DNA of 64,000 nt from Escherichia coli (GCF_013315695.1 NZ_CP054353.1); one strand, 5' to 3'. Positions 32,655-44,257 are shown, numbered from the stretch's first letter. Numbers and translations are program-made. The notes: generated from the sequence alone by a model not told the origin.

Positions 32655-32760
32655 AAAAAAAAGCCCATCGTGGGAGATGGGCAAAGACTACACACAGCAA
32701 TTCGTTGTTTCACTCAGGGGATTTCCATGCTTATAAATCAATATGTTGATTTATAACCGT
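32655..32760 (-). ncRNA. rprA: RprA small regulatory RNA
   Basis: Minus-strand reading ACGGTTATAAATCAACATATTGATTTATAAGCATGGAAATCCCCTGAGTGAAACAACGAATTGCTGTGTGTAGTCTTTGCCCATCTCCCACGATGGGCTTTTTTTT matches recalled RprA, including the terminator hairpin and U-tract; located between ydiK and ydiL as in K-12. Confidence 0.85.
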
Positions 32761-32945
32761 GAGCTAATAGTAGGCATACGGACTTTTTGCGTCGATCAGA
32801 TTCGTCTCATTAGTTTAAAAACTGTAAAGAATTTGCGACAGGTACTACCAGCTGAATGGCGGTAAGCAGGAAAATATGGGGAAGAGCAAGCAAATATCAA
32901 TTAGCAGGGGTTAACAATCAGGCGGCAGAGCCGCCTGATGAGAAA

Positions 32946-34058
32946 TTACTTATTCGATTTCTCGATTTCGCCAAGTTCTTCGAGAATTTCTTCCGGTTGG
33001 TCCGTCGGCGGTGGGACTTCTTCCACCCACGCGGCAAAAAGACGCCAGGAAACGGCTAACAGAACCGGACCAATAAACAGGCCGATCATCCCGAAAGCAA
33101 TCAAACCACCAATAACACCAGAGAGGATCAGGATCAGCGGTAAATCGGCACCCATGCGAATTAACATTGGGCGGATGACGTTATCCAGCGTGCCAACCAC
33201 ACCGCTCCACACTAACAATACCGTTCCCCAGGTGGTATCACCGGTCCAGTAGAGCCAGATAATCGCCGGAATCAGTACCGGCAACGGTCCAAGCTGGACA
33301 AGGCAGGAGAGGATCATTAACACCGTGAGCAAAGTTGCATAAGGTACGCCGGATACGGCGAGGCCGATACCGCCAAGCACTGCCTGTACTAACGCCGTCA
33401 CCACCACACCCAGCGCCACCGCGCGGATAGCCTGTGCCGCCAGTAGCACAGCAGCATCACCGCGAACGCCTGCCAGACGGGTTGCAAAATGGCGAATGCC
33501 TTGTGCCACCTGTTCACCGCGCCAGTACAGCAGGGCACTGAAGAGAAGCATCAGCGCACAATGCACCATAAAGCGCCCGATATGCGCCGCCTGCCCAACG
33601 AACCAGGTGGTGGTGGTGCCAATATAAGGACGGACTTTCGCCATGATCGCCGTACCCCCCATATCCAGCAAGTTGTGCCAGCCTGCATATAGCTTCGCAC
33701 CAATCACCGGAATGGTATTAAGCCACGCTAGATCGGGTAACGTCATGTCACCGCTGGAAATGGCTTTAATTAGCGGACCGCTGCCATCGACAATACTGTT
33801 AACCAACAAGGCAATAGGGATGATAAACACCATCACTAATAACAGCGTCATCACCAGAACGGCGAGAGAGCGGCGGCCAAACATGATCTTTTGCAAACGT
33901 AACAATACCGGCCAGGTGGCGATAACCACTGTACCGGCCCATGCAAAGCCGAGAATAAAGGGTTGAACAATCCACAGACATGCCACAATCATGATGGCTA
34001 AAAACAGCACCGAAAGCAGAATTTGTGCGACATCCCTGGGCTGACGAACATTTACCAT
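32946..34058 (-). CDS. ydiK: AI-2E/UPF0118-family membrane transporter
   Basis: 370 aa, polytopic. Confidence 0.9.
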   Translation of the reverse strand: MVNVRQPRDVAQILLSVLFLAIMIVACLWIVQPFILGFAWAGTVVIATWPVLLRLQKIMFGRRSLAVLVMTLLLVMVFIIPIALLVNSIVDGSGPLIKAISSGDMTLPDLAWLNTIPVIGAKLYAGWHNLLDMGGTAIMAKVRPYIGTTTTWFVGQAAHIGRFMVHCALMLLFSALLYWRGEQVAQGIRHFATRLAGVRGDAAVLLAAQAIRAVALGVVVTALVQAVLGGIGLAVSGVPYATLLTVLMILSCLVQLGPLPVLIPAIIWLYWTGDTTWGTVLLVWSGVVGTLDNVIRPMLIRMGADLPLILILSGVIGGLIAFGMIGLFIGPVLLAVSWRLFAAWVEEVPPPTDQPEEILEELGEIEKSNK

Positions 34059-34229
34059 AACTACTTTTCACCTTTTTTGTGCGTCAAATCGTCGACGCGA
34101 CGTGAACACGCGAAACTCACCTGCATAATGATGAGCAATTTCAGCGGTTTTTAACAGGCCGATTCTGCCCTTAATTCTGATGGGCGTGTTAGAAAAAAAT
34201 GTGGTACAACAACTCAGGCAACACGCAAA

Positions 34230-34355
34230 CGATTTACTCGTCGTATTTCAAATTGCATGTGCTGCGGCTACGTTCGTTCACCCCAGTCACTTACTTTTGT
34301 AAGCTCCTGGAGTTCACTCGCTTGCCGCCTTCCTGCAACTCGAAATCCATAGAGT
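34230..34355. repeat. ERIC/IRU-like intergenic repeat element
   Basis: Segment ...CTCGTCGTATTTCAAATTGCATGTG...CACCCCAGTCACTTACTTTTGTAAGCTCCTGGAG...CTTGCCGCCTTCCTGCAACTCGAAAT closely resembles the recalled ERIC consensus core. Confidence 0.6.
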
Positions 34356-34444
34356 AAACAAACATCACCTTTCAGTGCGCTATTAGCAGCCTGAAAGAAC
34401 AGTGTATCGACCTACATCACAGACCGCAGGAAAGGGTCAATATA

Positions 34445-37400
34445 ATGATTCCACAGATTTCCCAGGCACCTGGCGTCGTTCAATTGGTGCTTAATTTTTT
34501 GCAAGAGCTGGAGCAACAGGGTTTTACTGGCGATACGGCGACAAGTTATGCCGATCGTCTGACAATGTCGACCGACAACAGTATTTACCAACTTCTCCCC
34601 GATGCGGTGGTATTTCCGCGTTCAACCGCAGATGTAGCGCTGATCGCCCGTCTTGCCGCGCAGGAACGCTATTCATCGTTGATCTTTACCCCCCGCGGCG
34701 GCGGCACCGGCACTAACGGTCAGGCGCTCAACCAGGGGATTATTGTTGATATGTCCCGCCATATGAACCGCATCATCGAAATTAACCCTGAAGAGGGCTG
34801 GGTGCGCGTTGAGGCCGGGGTGATTAAAGACCAACTCAATCAGTACCTGAAACCCTTTGGCTACTTTTTTGCGCCAGAACTTTCCACCAGCAACCGGGCA
34901 ACGCTCGGCGGGATGATCAATACCGATGCATCCGGTCAGGGATCGCTGGTCTATGGCAAAACGTCAGATCACGTACTTGGCGTACGCGCGGTGTTGTTGG
35001 GGGGCGATATTCTCGATACGCAACCTTTACCCGTCGAACTGGCGGAAACGCTGGGTAAATCCAATACCACAATCGGGCGAATTTATAACACGGTTTATCA
35101 ACGTTGCCGTCAGCAACGCCAGTTAATCATCGACAACTTCCCCAAGCTTAACCGCTTTCTTACCGGTTACGATTTGCGTCATGTCTTTAACGATGAGATG
35201 ACCGAGTTCGACCTGACGCGCATTCTGACGGGTTCAGAAGGGACGCTGGCCTTTATTACCGAAGCGCGACTGGATATTACGCGCTTGCCTAAAGTGCGCC
35301 GTCTGGTGAACGTCAAATATGACTCTTTTGACTCCGCACTGCGTAACGCGCCGTTTATGGTTGAGGCGCGGGCGCTTTCGGTAGAGACGGTGGACTCAAA
35401 AGTGCTCAACCTTGCACGGGAAGATATTGTCTGGCATTCCGTCAGTGAACTGATTACCGATGTTCCTGATAAAGAGATTCTCGGGCTGAATATTGTTGAA
35501 TTTGCCGGCGATGATGAGGCGCTGATTGACGAGAGGGTAAGTGCACTCTGTGCGCGACTGAATGAGTTAATCGCCAGCCAGCAAGCAGGTGTGATCGGCT
35601 GGCAGGTATGCAGTGAGCTGGCAGGTGTTGAACGTATCTATGCGATGCGCAAAAAAGCTGTCGGCCTGCTCGGTAATGCCAAAGGAGCAGCCAAGCCAAT
35701 TCCGTTTGCTGAGGATACCTGCGTACCGCCGGAACATCTGGCCGATTATATTGCTGAATTTCGCGCGCTGCTCGACAGCCACGGCTTAAGCTACGGTATG
35801 TTCGGTCACGTCGACGCAGGTGTCTTGCACGTCCGTCCTGCGCTGGATATGTGCGATCCGCAACAAGAGATTTTGATGAAGCAAATCTCTGATGACGTAG
35901 TGGCGCTTACCGCGAAATACGGTGGTTTGTTGTGGGGCGAACACGGCAAAGGTTTTCGTGCCGAATACAGCCCGGCGTTTTTCGGTGAGGAACTTTTTGC
36001 AGAACTGCGTAAAGTGAAAGCGGCATTTGACCCGCATAACCGACTCAACCCAGGGAAGATTTGCCCGCCAGAAGGTCTCGATGCGCCGATGATGAAAGTG
36101 GACGCGGTGAAGCGTGGCACATATGACCGACAGATCCCCATCGCGGTACGCCAGCAGTGGCGCGGGGCAATGGAGTGTAACGGCAACGGTTTATGCTTCA
36201 ACTTTGATGCCCGTAGTCCGATGTGTCCGTCGATGAAGATCACCCAGAACCGGATTCATTCACCGAAAGGGCGCGCAACGCTGGTGCGTGAATGGCTGCG
36301 TTTGTTGGCGGATCGCGGCGTTGACCCACTCAAACTGGAACAAGAACTGCCTGAATCCGGCGTCAGTTTACGGACGTTAATTGCCCGCACGCGCAATAGC
36401 TGGCATGCGAATAAAGGCGAATACGACTTCTCACACGAAGTCAAAGAGGCAATGTCGGGCTGTCTGGCCTGTAAAGCGTGTTCGACCCAGTGCCCCATCA
36501 AAATTGATGTGCCGGAGTTTCGCTCTCGTTTTCTGCAGCTCTATCACACCCGTTATTTACGCCCGCTTCGTGACCACCTCGTTGCTACGGTCGAGAGCTA
36601 CGCACCGCTGATGGCACGCGCGCCGAAAACCTTTAACTTCTTCATTAACCAGCCGCTGGTGCGCAAACTCTCGGAAAAACATATCGGCATGGTTGATTTG
36701 CCACTGCTGTCAGTCCCCTCGCTACAACAACAAATGGTGGGGCATCGCTCGGCGAATATGACGCTGGAACAGCTTGAAGCTCTCAATACAGAGCAGAAAG
36801 CGCGCACGGTGTTGGTGGTGCAGGACCCCTTTACCAGCTATTACGATGCGCAAGTGGTGGCGGATTTTGTCCGTCTGGTTGAAAAATTAGGTTTCCAGCC
36901 TGTGTTACTGCCATTTTCGCCAAATGGCAAAGCCCAGCATATCAAAGGCTTTCTTAATCGTTTTGCGAAGACGGCGAAAAAGACGGCGGATTTCCTCAAC
37001 CGTATGGCGAAGCTGGGGATGCCAATGGTGGGCGTCGATCCGGCGCTGGTACTTTGTTATCGCGATGAATATAAACTGGCGCTGGGCGATGAACGTGGCG
37101 AGTTTAACGTCTTACTGGCGAATGAATGGCTGGCAAGCGCACTTGACTCACAGCCAGTGGCTACAGTCAGCGGTGAATCATGGTATTTCTTTGGTCACTG
37201 TACCGAAGTTACCGCTTTGCCGGGCGCGCCAGCACAATGGGCCGCGATATTTGCCCGTTTTGGCGCGAAACTGGAAAATGTCAGCGTGGGTTGCTGCGGC
37301 ATGGCAGGGACTTACGGACATGAAGCGAAAAACCATAAAAATTCGCTCGGGATCTATGAGTTATCCTGGCATCAGGCGATGCAGCGACTGCCGCGTAATC

Positions 37401-37501
37401 GCTGTCTGGCGACCGGATATTCCTGCCGTAGCCAGGTAAAACGGGTCGAAGGCACGGGGGTACGCCATCCTGTGCAGGCTTTACTGGAGATTATTAAATG
37501 A
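34445..37501 (+). CDS. ydiJ: FAD-linked oxidoreductase with C-terminal Fe-S domain (D-2-hydroxyglutarate dehydrogenase-like)
   Basis: 1018 aa; FAD-binding PCMH domain, Cys-rich C-terminus. Confidence 0.95.
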   Translation: MIPQISQAPGVVQLVLNFLQELEQQGFTGDTATSYADRLTMSTDNSIYQLLPDAVVFPRSTADVALIARLAAQERYSSLIFTPRGGGTGTNGQALNQGIIVDMSRHMNRIIEINPEEGWVRVEAGVIKDQLNQYLKPFGYFFAPELSTSNRATLGGMINTDASGQGSLVYGKTSDHVLGVRAVLLGGDILDTQPLPVELAETLGKSNTTIGRIYNTVYQRCRQQRQLIIDNFPKLNRFLTGYDLRHVFNDEMTEFDLTRILTGSEGTLAFITEARLDITRLPKVRRLVNVKYDSFDSALRNAPFMVEARALSVETVDSKVLNLAREDIVWHSVSELITDVPDKEILGLNIVEFAGDDEALIDERVSALCARLNELIASQQAGVIGWQVCSELAGVERIYAMRKKAVGLLGNAKGAAKPIPFAEDTCVPPEHLADYIAEFRALLDSHGLSYGMFGHVDAGVLHVRPALDMCDPQQEILMKQISDDVVALTAKYGGLLWGEHGKGFRAEYSPAFFGEELFAELRKVKAAFDPHNRLNPGKICPPEGLDAPMMKVDAVKRGTYDRQIPIAVRQQWRGAMECNGNGLCFNFDARSPMCPSMKITQNRIHSPKGRATLVREWLRLLADRGVDPLKLEQELPESGVSLRTLIARTRNSWHANKGEYDFSHEVKEAMSGCLACKACSTQCPIKIDVPEFRSRFLQLYHTRYLRPLRDHLVATVESYAPLMARAPKTFNFFINQPLVRKLSEKHIGMVDLPLLSVPSLQQQMVGHRSANMTLEQLEALNTEQKARTVLVVQDPFTSYYDAQVVADFVRLVEKLGFQPVLLPFSPNGKAQHIKGFLNRFAKTAKKTADFLNRMAKLGMPMVGVDPALVLCYRDEYKLALGDERGEFNVLLANEWLASALDSQPVATVSGESWYFFGHCTEVTALPGAPAQWAAIFARFGAKLENVSVGCCGMAGTYGHEAKNHKNSLGIYELSWHQAMQRLPRNRCLATGYSCRSQVKRVEGTGVRHPVQALLEIIK

Positions 37502-37908
37502 TATGGAAACGAAAAATCACCCTGGAAGCATTGAATGCTATGGGTGAAGGAAACATGGTGGGGTTGCTGGATATTCGCTTTGAACATATTGGTGATGACA
37601 CCCTTGAAGCGACAATGCCAGTAGACTCCCGGACAAAGCAGCCTTTCGGGTTGCTGCATGGAGGCGCGTCTGTGGTGCTGGCCGAAAGTATCGGTTCCGT
37701 TGCCGGTTATTTATGTACCGAAGGTGAGCAAAAGGTGGTTGGTCTGGAAATCAATGCTAACCACGTCCGCTCGGCACGAGAAGGGCGGGTGCGCGGCGTA
37801 TGCAAACCGTTGCATCTCGGTTCGCGTCACCAGGTCTGGCAGATTGAAATCTTCGATGAGAAAGGGCGTTTGTGCTGTTCGTCACGATTAACGACCGCCA
37901 TTTTGTGA
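37498..37908 (+). CDS. menI: 1,4-dihydroxy-2-naphthoyl-CoA thioesterase (hotdog fold)
   Basis: 136 aa; start overlaps ydiJ stop. Confidence 0.9.
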   Translation: MIWKRKITLEALNAMGEGNMVGLLDIRFEHIGDDTLEATMPVDSRTKQPFGLLHGGASVVLAESIGSVAGYLCTEGEQKVVGLEINANHVRSAREGRVRGVCKPLHLGSRHQVWQIEIFDEKGRLCCSSRLTTAIL

Positions 37909-38007
37909 CGTTGTCACCAGAAAAGTGTGACGCATATTGCTTTTGGTCATTATCTGCACAGTAAACGGTGGTATACTGTGCAGGTCTTGTCTAAAAGCGA
38001 GGATGCT

Positions 38008-38196
38008 ATGTCTACTCAACTTGATCCCACCCAGCTGGCCATTGAATTTTTACGCCGTGACCAGAGCAATCTTTCACCTGCCCAATATCTCAAACGTCTG
38101 AAACAACTAGAACTTGAATTTGCTGACCTGCTTACTCTCTCTTCTGCTGAATTAAAAGAAGAAATCTACTTTGCCTGGCGTCTGGGCGTGCATTGA
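38008..38196 (+). CDS. ydiH: Small protein YdiH
   Basis: 62 aa from MSTQLDPTQLAIEFL... Confidence 0.75.
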   Translation: MSTQLDPTQLAIEFLRRDQSNLSPAQYLKRLKQLELEFADLLTLSSAELKEEIYFAWRLGVH

Positions 38197-38419
38197 TCCT
38201 GACTTAATGCCGCAAGTTCGCCATATCGACCTGGATTAACCTCCGTCCAGGTTCGATGGACTTCTTAATACTGCTTATCTACCCGCCTGATATTGTTCAA
38301 AAATAATACTAATCGCAGTTTGTGTTAAAACGGTGGGTTAGCTTTATGAGATTATTCTTATCGCCCCTTCAAGAGCTAAGCCACTGAGAGTGCCGGAGAT
38401 AAGCGCCGGATGGGGTAGA

Positions 38420-38466
38420 AACCCTTAAGCCTGTGATGCACAGACTTAAGGGTTTTCTTATTTCTG
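38420..38466 (+). terminator. Strong intrinsic terminator in the ydiH-sufA interval
   Basis: Perfect 10-bp stem AACCCTTAAG/CTTAAGGGTT with 15-nt loop, followed by TTCTTATTTCTG. Confidence 0.6.
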
Positions 38467-38549
38467 AACGCTGCACTTTTTTACCTATCTCTTAAATAGT
38501 CATTTTCAATACAACTTTTTCTTTTTCATCACAGCCTTAATGCTCCTTA

Positions 38550-38565
38550 GATAATAATCATTATC
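38550..38565. promoter_or_regulatory. Fur box (distal) in the suf regulatory region
   Basis: GATAATAATCATTATC, near-consensus. Confidence 0.5.
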
Positions 38566-38684
38566 TAACAATGAGATACCTAATTCTTAGCGTGCCTGTT
38601 AACCCACACATCAGGGTCTATGCTTATTAAAAGCAGGAAAAAAGCATGTTTTACGGTAAAGCCCCTGCGTTTGCTGGGTTGAAC

Positions 38685-38699
38685 TGATAATCATTATCA
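38685..38699. promoter_or_regulatory. Fur box overlapping the sufA promoter
   Basis: TGATAATCATTATCA about 45-60 bp upstream of the sufA ATG. Confidence 0.55.
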
Positions 38700-38744
38700 C
38701 TAACATGCTGTTATACGCTGAAAGCGATGAAGTGAGGTAAATCG

Positions 38745-39113
38745 ATGGACATGCATTCAGGAACCTTTAATCCACAGGATTTCGCCTGGCAGGGCTTAAC
38801 GCTGACACCCGCAGCCGCTGTCCACATCCGCGAGCTGGTGGCAAAGCAGCCGGGTATGGTCGGCGTGCGCTTAGGCGTGAAGCAAACGGGCTGCGCGGGC
38901 TTTGGCTATGTGCTCGACAGTGTTAGCGAGCCGGACAAAGACGATCTGCTGTTTGAACACGACGGCGCGAAGCTGTTTGTCCCGCTGCAAGCGATGCCGT
39001 TTATTGATGGCACGGAAGTCGATTTCGTTCGTGAAGGACTTAATCAGATATTCAAATTTCACAACCCTAAAGCCCAGAATGAATGTGGCTGTGGCGAAAG
39101 CTTTGGGGTATAG
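38745..39113 (+). CDS. sufA: Fe-S cluster A-type carrier
   Basis: 122 aa; C-terminal CGCGESF motif. Confidence 0.95.
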   Translation: MDMHSGTFNPQDFAWQGLTLTPAAAVHIRELVAKQPGMVGVRLGVKQTGCAGFGYVLDSVSEPDKDDLLFEHDGAKLFVPLQAMPFIDGTEVDFVREGLNQIFKFHNPKAQNECGCGESFGV

Positions 39114-39121
39114 GCGGTACT

Positions 39122-40609
39122 ATGTCTCGTAATACTGAAGCAACTGACGATATCAAAACCTGGACCGGCGGCCCGCTGAATTATAAAGAAGGATTCTTCA
39201 CCCAGTTAGCCACCGATGAGCTGGCAAAGGGAATAAACGAAGAGGTGGTGCGCGCAATTTCGGCGAAGCGTAATGAGCCGGAGTGGATGCTGGAGTTTCG
39301 TCTCAACGCCTATCGCGCATGGCTGGAGATGGAAGAACCGCACTGGTTGAAAGCGCACTACGACAAGCTGAATTATCAGGATTACAGCTACTACTCAGCA
39401 CCATCGTGCGGTAATTGTGACGACAACTGCGCGTCTGAACCCGGCGCGGTGCAGCAAACTGGCGCGAACGCCTTTTTAAGTAAAGAGGTGGAGGCGGCGT
39501 TTGAGCAGTTGGGCGTTCCCGTGCGGGAAGGCAAAGAGGTGGCAGTGGATGCCATTTTCGACTCTGTTTCGGTTGCCACTACTTATCGCGAAAAACTGGC
39601 GGAGCAGGGAATTATTTTTTGTTCCTTTGGCGAGGCGATCCACGATCACCCGGAACTGGTGCGTAAATATCTCGGCACCGTGGTGCCGGGGAATGACAAC
39701 TTCTTTGCCGCACTTAATGCGGCGGTAGCCTCTGACGGTACGTTTATTTATGTGCCTAAAGGCGTGCGTTGCCCGATGGAACTTTCCACCTATTTTCGCA
39801 TTAACGCGGAAAAAACCGGGCAGTTTGAGCGCACCATTCTGGTGGCCGACGAAGACAGCTACGTCAGCTACATTGAAGGATGTTCCGCTCCGGTGCGTGA
39901 CAGCTATCAGTTACACGCGGCGGTGGTGGAAGTCATCATCCATAAAAACGCCGAGGTGAAATATTCCACGGTACAAAACTGGTTCCCTGGTGATAACAAC
40001 ACCGGCGGTATTCTCAACTTCGTCACCAAGCGTGCTTTGTGCGAAGGCGAAAACAGCAAAATGTCATGGACGCAATCAGAAACCGGGTCAGCGATTACGT
40101 GGAAATATCCTAGCTGCATTTTGCGCGGCGATAACTCCATTGGTGAGTTTTACTCAGTGGCACTGACCAGCGGTCATCAGCAAGCGGATACCGGCACCAA
40201 GATGATCCACATCGGTAAAAACACCAAATCGACCATTATCTCGAAAGGGATCTCTGCCGGACATAGTCAGAACAGTTATCGCGGCTTAGTGAAAATCATG
40301 CCGACGGCAACCAATGCGCGCAATTTCACTCAGTGCGACTCAATGCTGATTGGCGCTAATTGTGGGGCGCATACCTTCCCGTATGTCGAATGTCGCAATA
40401 ACAGCGCACAACTGGAGCACGAGGCAACGACATCACGTATTGGTGAAGATCAACTGTTTTACTGCCTGCAACGCGGGATCAGCGAAGAAGACGCCATCTC
40501 GATGATTGTTAACGGTTTCTGCAAAGACGTGTTCTCAGAACTGCCGCTGGAATTTGCCGTTGAAGCACAAAAACTCCTCGCCATCAGTCTTGAACACAGC
40601 GTCGGATAA
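39122..40609 (+). CDS. sufB: Fe-S cluster assembly scaffold SufB
   Basis: 495 aa from [14 protein letters not shown]... Confidence 0.95.
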   Translation: MSRNTEATDDIKTWTGGPLNYKEGFFTQLATDELAKGINEEVVRAISAKRNEPEWMLEFRLNAYRAWLEMEEPHWLKAHYDKLNYQDYSYYSAPSCGNCDDNCASEPGAVQQTGANAFLSKEVEAAFEQLGVPVREGKEVAVDAIFDSVSVATTYREKLAEQGIIFCSFGEAIHDHPELVRKYLGTVVPGNDNFFAALNAAVASDGTFIYVPKGVRCPMELSTYFRINAEKTGQFERTILVADEDSYVSYIEGCSAPVRDSYQLHAAVVEVIIHKNAEVKYSTVQNWFPGDNNTGGILNFVTKRALCEGENSKMSWTQSETGSAITWKYPSCILRGDNSIGEFYSVALTSGHQQADTGTKMIHIGKNTKSTIISKGISAGHSQNSYRGLVKIMPTATNARNFTQCDSMLIGANCGAHTFPYVECRNNSAQLEHEATTSRIGEDQLFYCLQRGISEEDAISMIVNGFCKDVFSELPLEFAVEAQKLLAISLEHSVG

Positions 40610-40618
40610 GGAATAAAC

Positions 40619-41365
40619 ATGTTAAGTATTAAAGATTTACACGTCAGCGTGGAAGATAAAGCTATCCTGCGTGGATTAAGCCTCGACGTTCGTCCCGGCG
40701 AAGTTCACGCCATTATGGGGCCAAACGGTTCTGGCAAAAGTACCTTATCGGCAACGCTTGCCGGACGAGAAGATTATGAGGTGACGGGCGGCACGGTTGA
40801 GTTCAAAGGCAAAGATTTGCTTGCGCTGTCGCCGGAAGATCGTGCAGGTGAAGGCATCTTTATGGCCTTCCAGTATCCGGTGGAAATTCCCGGCGTCAGT
40901 AACCAGTTTTTCCTGCAAACGGCACTTAATGCGGTGCGCAGCTATCGCGGCCAGGAAACGCTCGACCGCTTTGATTTTCAGGATTTGATGGAAGAGAAAA
41001 TCGCTCTCCTGAAGATGCCGGAGGATTTATTAACCCGTTCGGTAAACGTTGGTTTTTCCGGCGGCGAGAAAAAGCGCAACGATATTTTGCAAATGGCGGT
41101 GCTGGAACCGGAGTTATGCATTCTTGATGAGTCGGACTCCGGGCTGGATATTGACGCATTAAAAGTGGTTGCCGATGGCGTGAACTCGCTGCGTGACGGC
41201 AAGCGTTCATTCATCATTGTTACGCACTACCAACGCATTCTCGACTACATCAAGCCTGATTACGTCCATGTGCTGTATCAGGGACGAATTGTGAAATCCG
41301 GCGATTTCACGTTGGTCAAACAACTGGAGGAGCAGGGTTATGGCTGGCTTACCGAACAGCAGTAA
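40619..41365 (+). CDS. sufC: Fe-S assembly ATPase SufC
   Basis: 248 aa; Walker A GPNGSGKST. Confidence 0.95.
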   Translation: MLSIKDLHVSVEDKAILRGLSLDVRPGEVHAIMGPNGSGKSTLSATLAGREDYEVTGGTVEFKGKDLLALSPEDRAGEGIFMAFQYPVEIPGVSNQFFLQTALNAVRSYRGQETLDRFDFQDLMEEKIALLKMPEDLLTRSVNVGFSGGEKKRNDILQMAVLEPELCILDESDSGLDIDALKVVADGVNSLRDGKRSFIIVTHYQRILDYIKPDYVHVLYQGRIVKSGDFTLVKQLEEQGYGWLTEQQ

Positions 41366-42611
41366 CGCGCTGCAACAGTGGCATCACTTGTTTGAAGCTG
41401 AAGGGACAAAACGCTCCCCGCAAGCACAGCAGCATTTACAACAATTGCTGCGTACCGGACTGCCGACACGGAAACATGAAAACTGGAAATATACGCCGCT
41501 GGAAGGGCTGACCAATAGCCAGTTTGTCTGCATTGCGGGAGAGATATCCCCACAGCAGCGAGATGCCTTAGCGTTAACGTTAGACGCTGTGCGGCTGGTA
41601 TTTGTCGATGGACGTTACGTGTCAGCGCTGAGCGATGCAACTGAAGGCAGCGGATATGAAGTGAGCATTAACGACGACCGTCAGGGGTTACCCGACGCTA
41701 TTCAGGCGGAAGTGTTTCTGCATTTGACGGAAAGCCTGGCGCATAGCGTGACGCATATCGCCGTGAAGCGCGGTCAACGGCCGGTAAAGCCATTGCTGTT
41801 AATGCATATCACCCAGGGCGTGGCAGGTGAAGAGGTGAATACTGCCCATTACCGACATCATCTGGATCTGGCGGAAGGTGCCGAAGCAACGGTGATCGAA
41901 CATTTTGTCAGCCTTAATGACGCTCGTCACTTCACCGGCGCACGGTTCACTATCAACGTCGCAGCGAACGCCCACTTGCAGCATATCAAGCTGGCGTTTG
42001 AAAACCCGGTCAGTCACCACTTTGCCCATAACGATTTGTTGCTGGCTGACGATGCCACCGCATTTAGCCACAGTTTCCTGCTGGGTGGCGCAGTGTTACG
42101 ACACAACACCAGTACGCAACTCAATGGCGAAAACAGCACGCTGCGGATCAATAGCCTGGCGATGCCGGTGAAAAACGAGGTGTGTGATACCCGTACCTGG
42201 CTGGAACACAATAAAGGTTTTTGTAACAGTCGACAGTTGCATAAAACTATCGTCAGCGACAAAGGCCGCGCGGTATTTAACGGTTTGATCAACGTCGCGC
42301 AGCACGCCATCAAAACGGATGGTCAGATGACCAACAATAATCTGCTGATGGGCAAACTGGCGGAAGTGGATACGAAACCGCAGCTGGAAATCTATGCAGA
42401 TGATGTGAAATGCAGCCACGGCGCGACGGTGGGGCGTATTGATGATGAACAGATGTTCTATCTGCGCTCGCGCGGGATCAATCAGCAGGATGCCCAGCAG
42501 ATGATCATTTACGCCTTTGCTGCTGAACTGACGGAAGCACTGCGTGATGAGGGTCTTAAACAGCAGGTGCTGGCCCGAATCGGTCAACGGCTGCCAGGAG
42601 GTGCAAGATGA
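41340..42611 (+). CDS. sufD: Fe-S assembly protein SufD
   Basis: 423 aa; overlaps sufC by 26 nt. Confidence 0.95.
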
Positions 42612-43828
42612 CTTTTTCCGTCGACAAAGTGCGGGCCGACTTTCCGGTGCTTTCTCGTGAGGTGAACGGTTTGCCGCTGGCTTATCTCGACAGCGCCGCC
42701 AGTGCACAGAAACCGAGCCAGGTGATTGACGCCGAGGCCGAGTTTTATCGTCATGGCTACGCGGCGGTGCATCGCGGTATTCATACCTTAAGCGCCCAGG
42801 CGACCGAGAAAATGGAGAACGTGCGCAAGCGGGCATCGCTGTTTATTAATGCCCGTTCGGCGGAAGAGCTGGTGTTCGTCCGCGGCACGACGGAAGGGAT
42901 CAATCTGGTCGCCAATAGCTGGGGTAACAGCAATGTGCGGGCGGGCGATAACATCATCATCAGTCAGATGGAGCACCACGCTAACATTGTCCCCTGGCAG
43001 ATGCTTTGCGCACGCGTTGGCGCAGAGCTGCGTGTGATTCCGCTCAACCCCGACGGTACGCTGCAACTGGAGATGCTACCTAATCTGTTCGATGAGAAAA
43101 CTCGCCTGCTGGCAATTACTCATGTCTCCAACGTGCTGGGAACGGAAAATCCGCTGGCGGAAATGATCACGCTTGCGCACCAGCATGGCGCAAAAGTGCT
43201 GGTGGATGGCGCTCAGGCGGTGATGCATCATCCGGTGGATGTTCAGGCGCTGGATTGCGATTTTTACGTGTTTTCCGGGCATAAACTGTATGGCCCCACC
43301 GGGATTGGCATTCTTTATGTCAAAGAAGCCTTGTTGCAGGAGATGCCGCCGTGGGAAGGGGGCGGTTCTATGATCGCCACCGTCAGCCTGAGTGAAGGGA
43401 CTACCTGGACCAAAGCACCTTGGCGGTTTGAAGCCGGTACACCCAATACCGGGGGCATCATTGGTCTTGGCGCGGCGCTGGAGTATGTGTCGGCGCTGGG
43501 GCTTAATAACATAGCCGAGTATGAACAGAATCTGATGCACTACGCGCTATCACAGCTGGAATCTGTACCGGATCTCACTCTCTATGGCCCGCAGAACAGG
43601 CTTGGCGTTATTGCTTTTAATCTCGGTAAACACCACGCCTATGATGTTGGCAGTTTTCTCGATAACTACGGCATTGCTGTGCGTACCGGACATCACTGCG
43701 CAATGCCATTGATGGCCTATTACAACGTTCCTGCTATGTGTCGGGCGTCGCTGGCCATGTATAACACCCATGAAGAAGTGGATCGTCTGGTGACCGGCCT
43801 GCAACGTATTCACCGTTTGCTGGGATAA
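42608..43828 (+). CDS. sufS: Cysteine desulfurase SufS
   Basis: 406 aa; PLP-dependent class V aminotransferase features. Confidence 0.95.
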
Positions 43829-43840
43829 CAGGGAGGCACT

Positions 43841-44257
43841 ATGGCTTTATTGCCGGATAAAGAAAAATTGCTGCGTAATTTTTTACGCTGCGCCAACTGG
43901 GAAGAGAAATATCTCTACATTATTGAGCTGGGCCAGCGTCTGCCAGAATTACGCGACGAAGACCGAAGCCCACAAAATAGCATTCAGGGCTGCCAGAGTC
44001 AGGTGTGGATTGTCATGCGCCAGAATGCGCAGGGAATTATTGAATTGCAGGGCGACAGCGATGCGGCGATTGTGAAAGGGCTTATTGCGGTCGTCTTTAT
44101 ACTCTACGATCAGATGACGCCGCAGGATATTGTCAATTTCGATGTGCGTCCGTGGTTTGAAAAAATGGCGCTCACCCAACATCTCACCCCATCTCGTTCA
44201 CAAGGTCTGGAAGCGATGATTCGCGCAATTCGCGCCAAAGCCGCTGCACTTAGCTAA
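43841..44257 (+). CDS. sufE: Sulfur acceptor SufE
   Basis: 138 aa. Confidence 0.95.

Noticed and set aside
42096-42836. 246-aa ORF on the - strand
   Set aside because: Antisense across the sufD-sufS junction; spurious.
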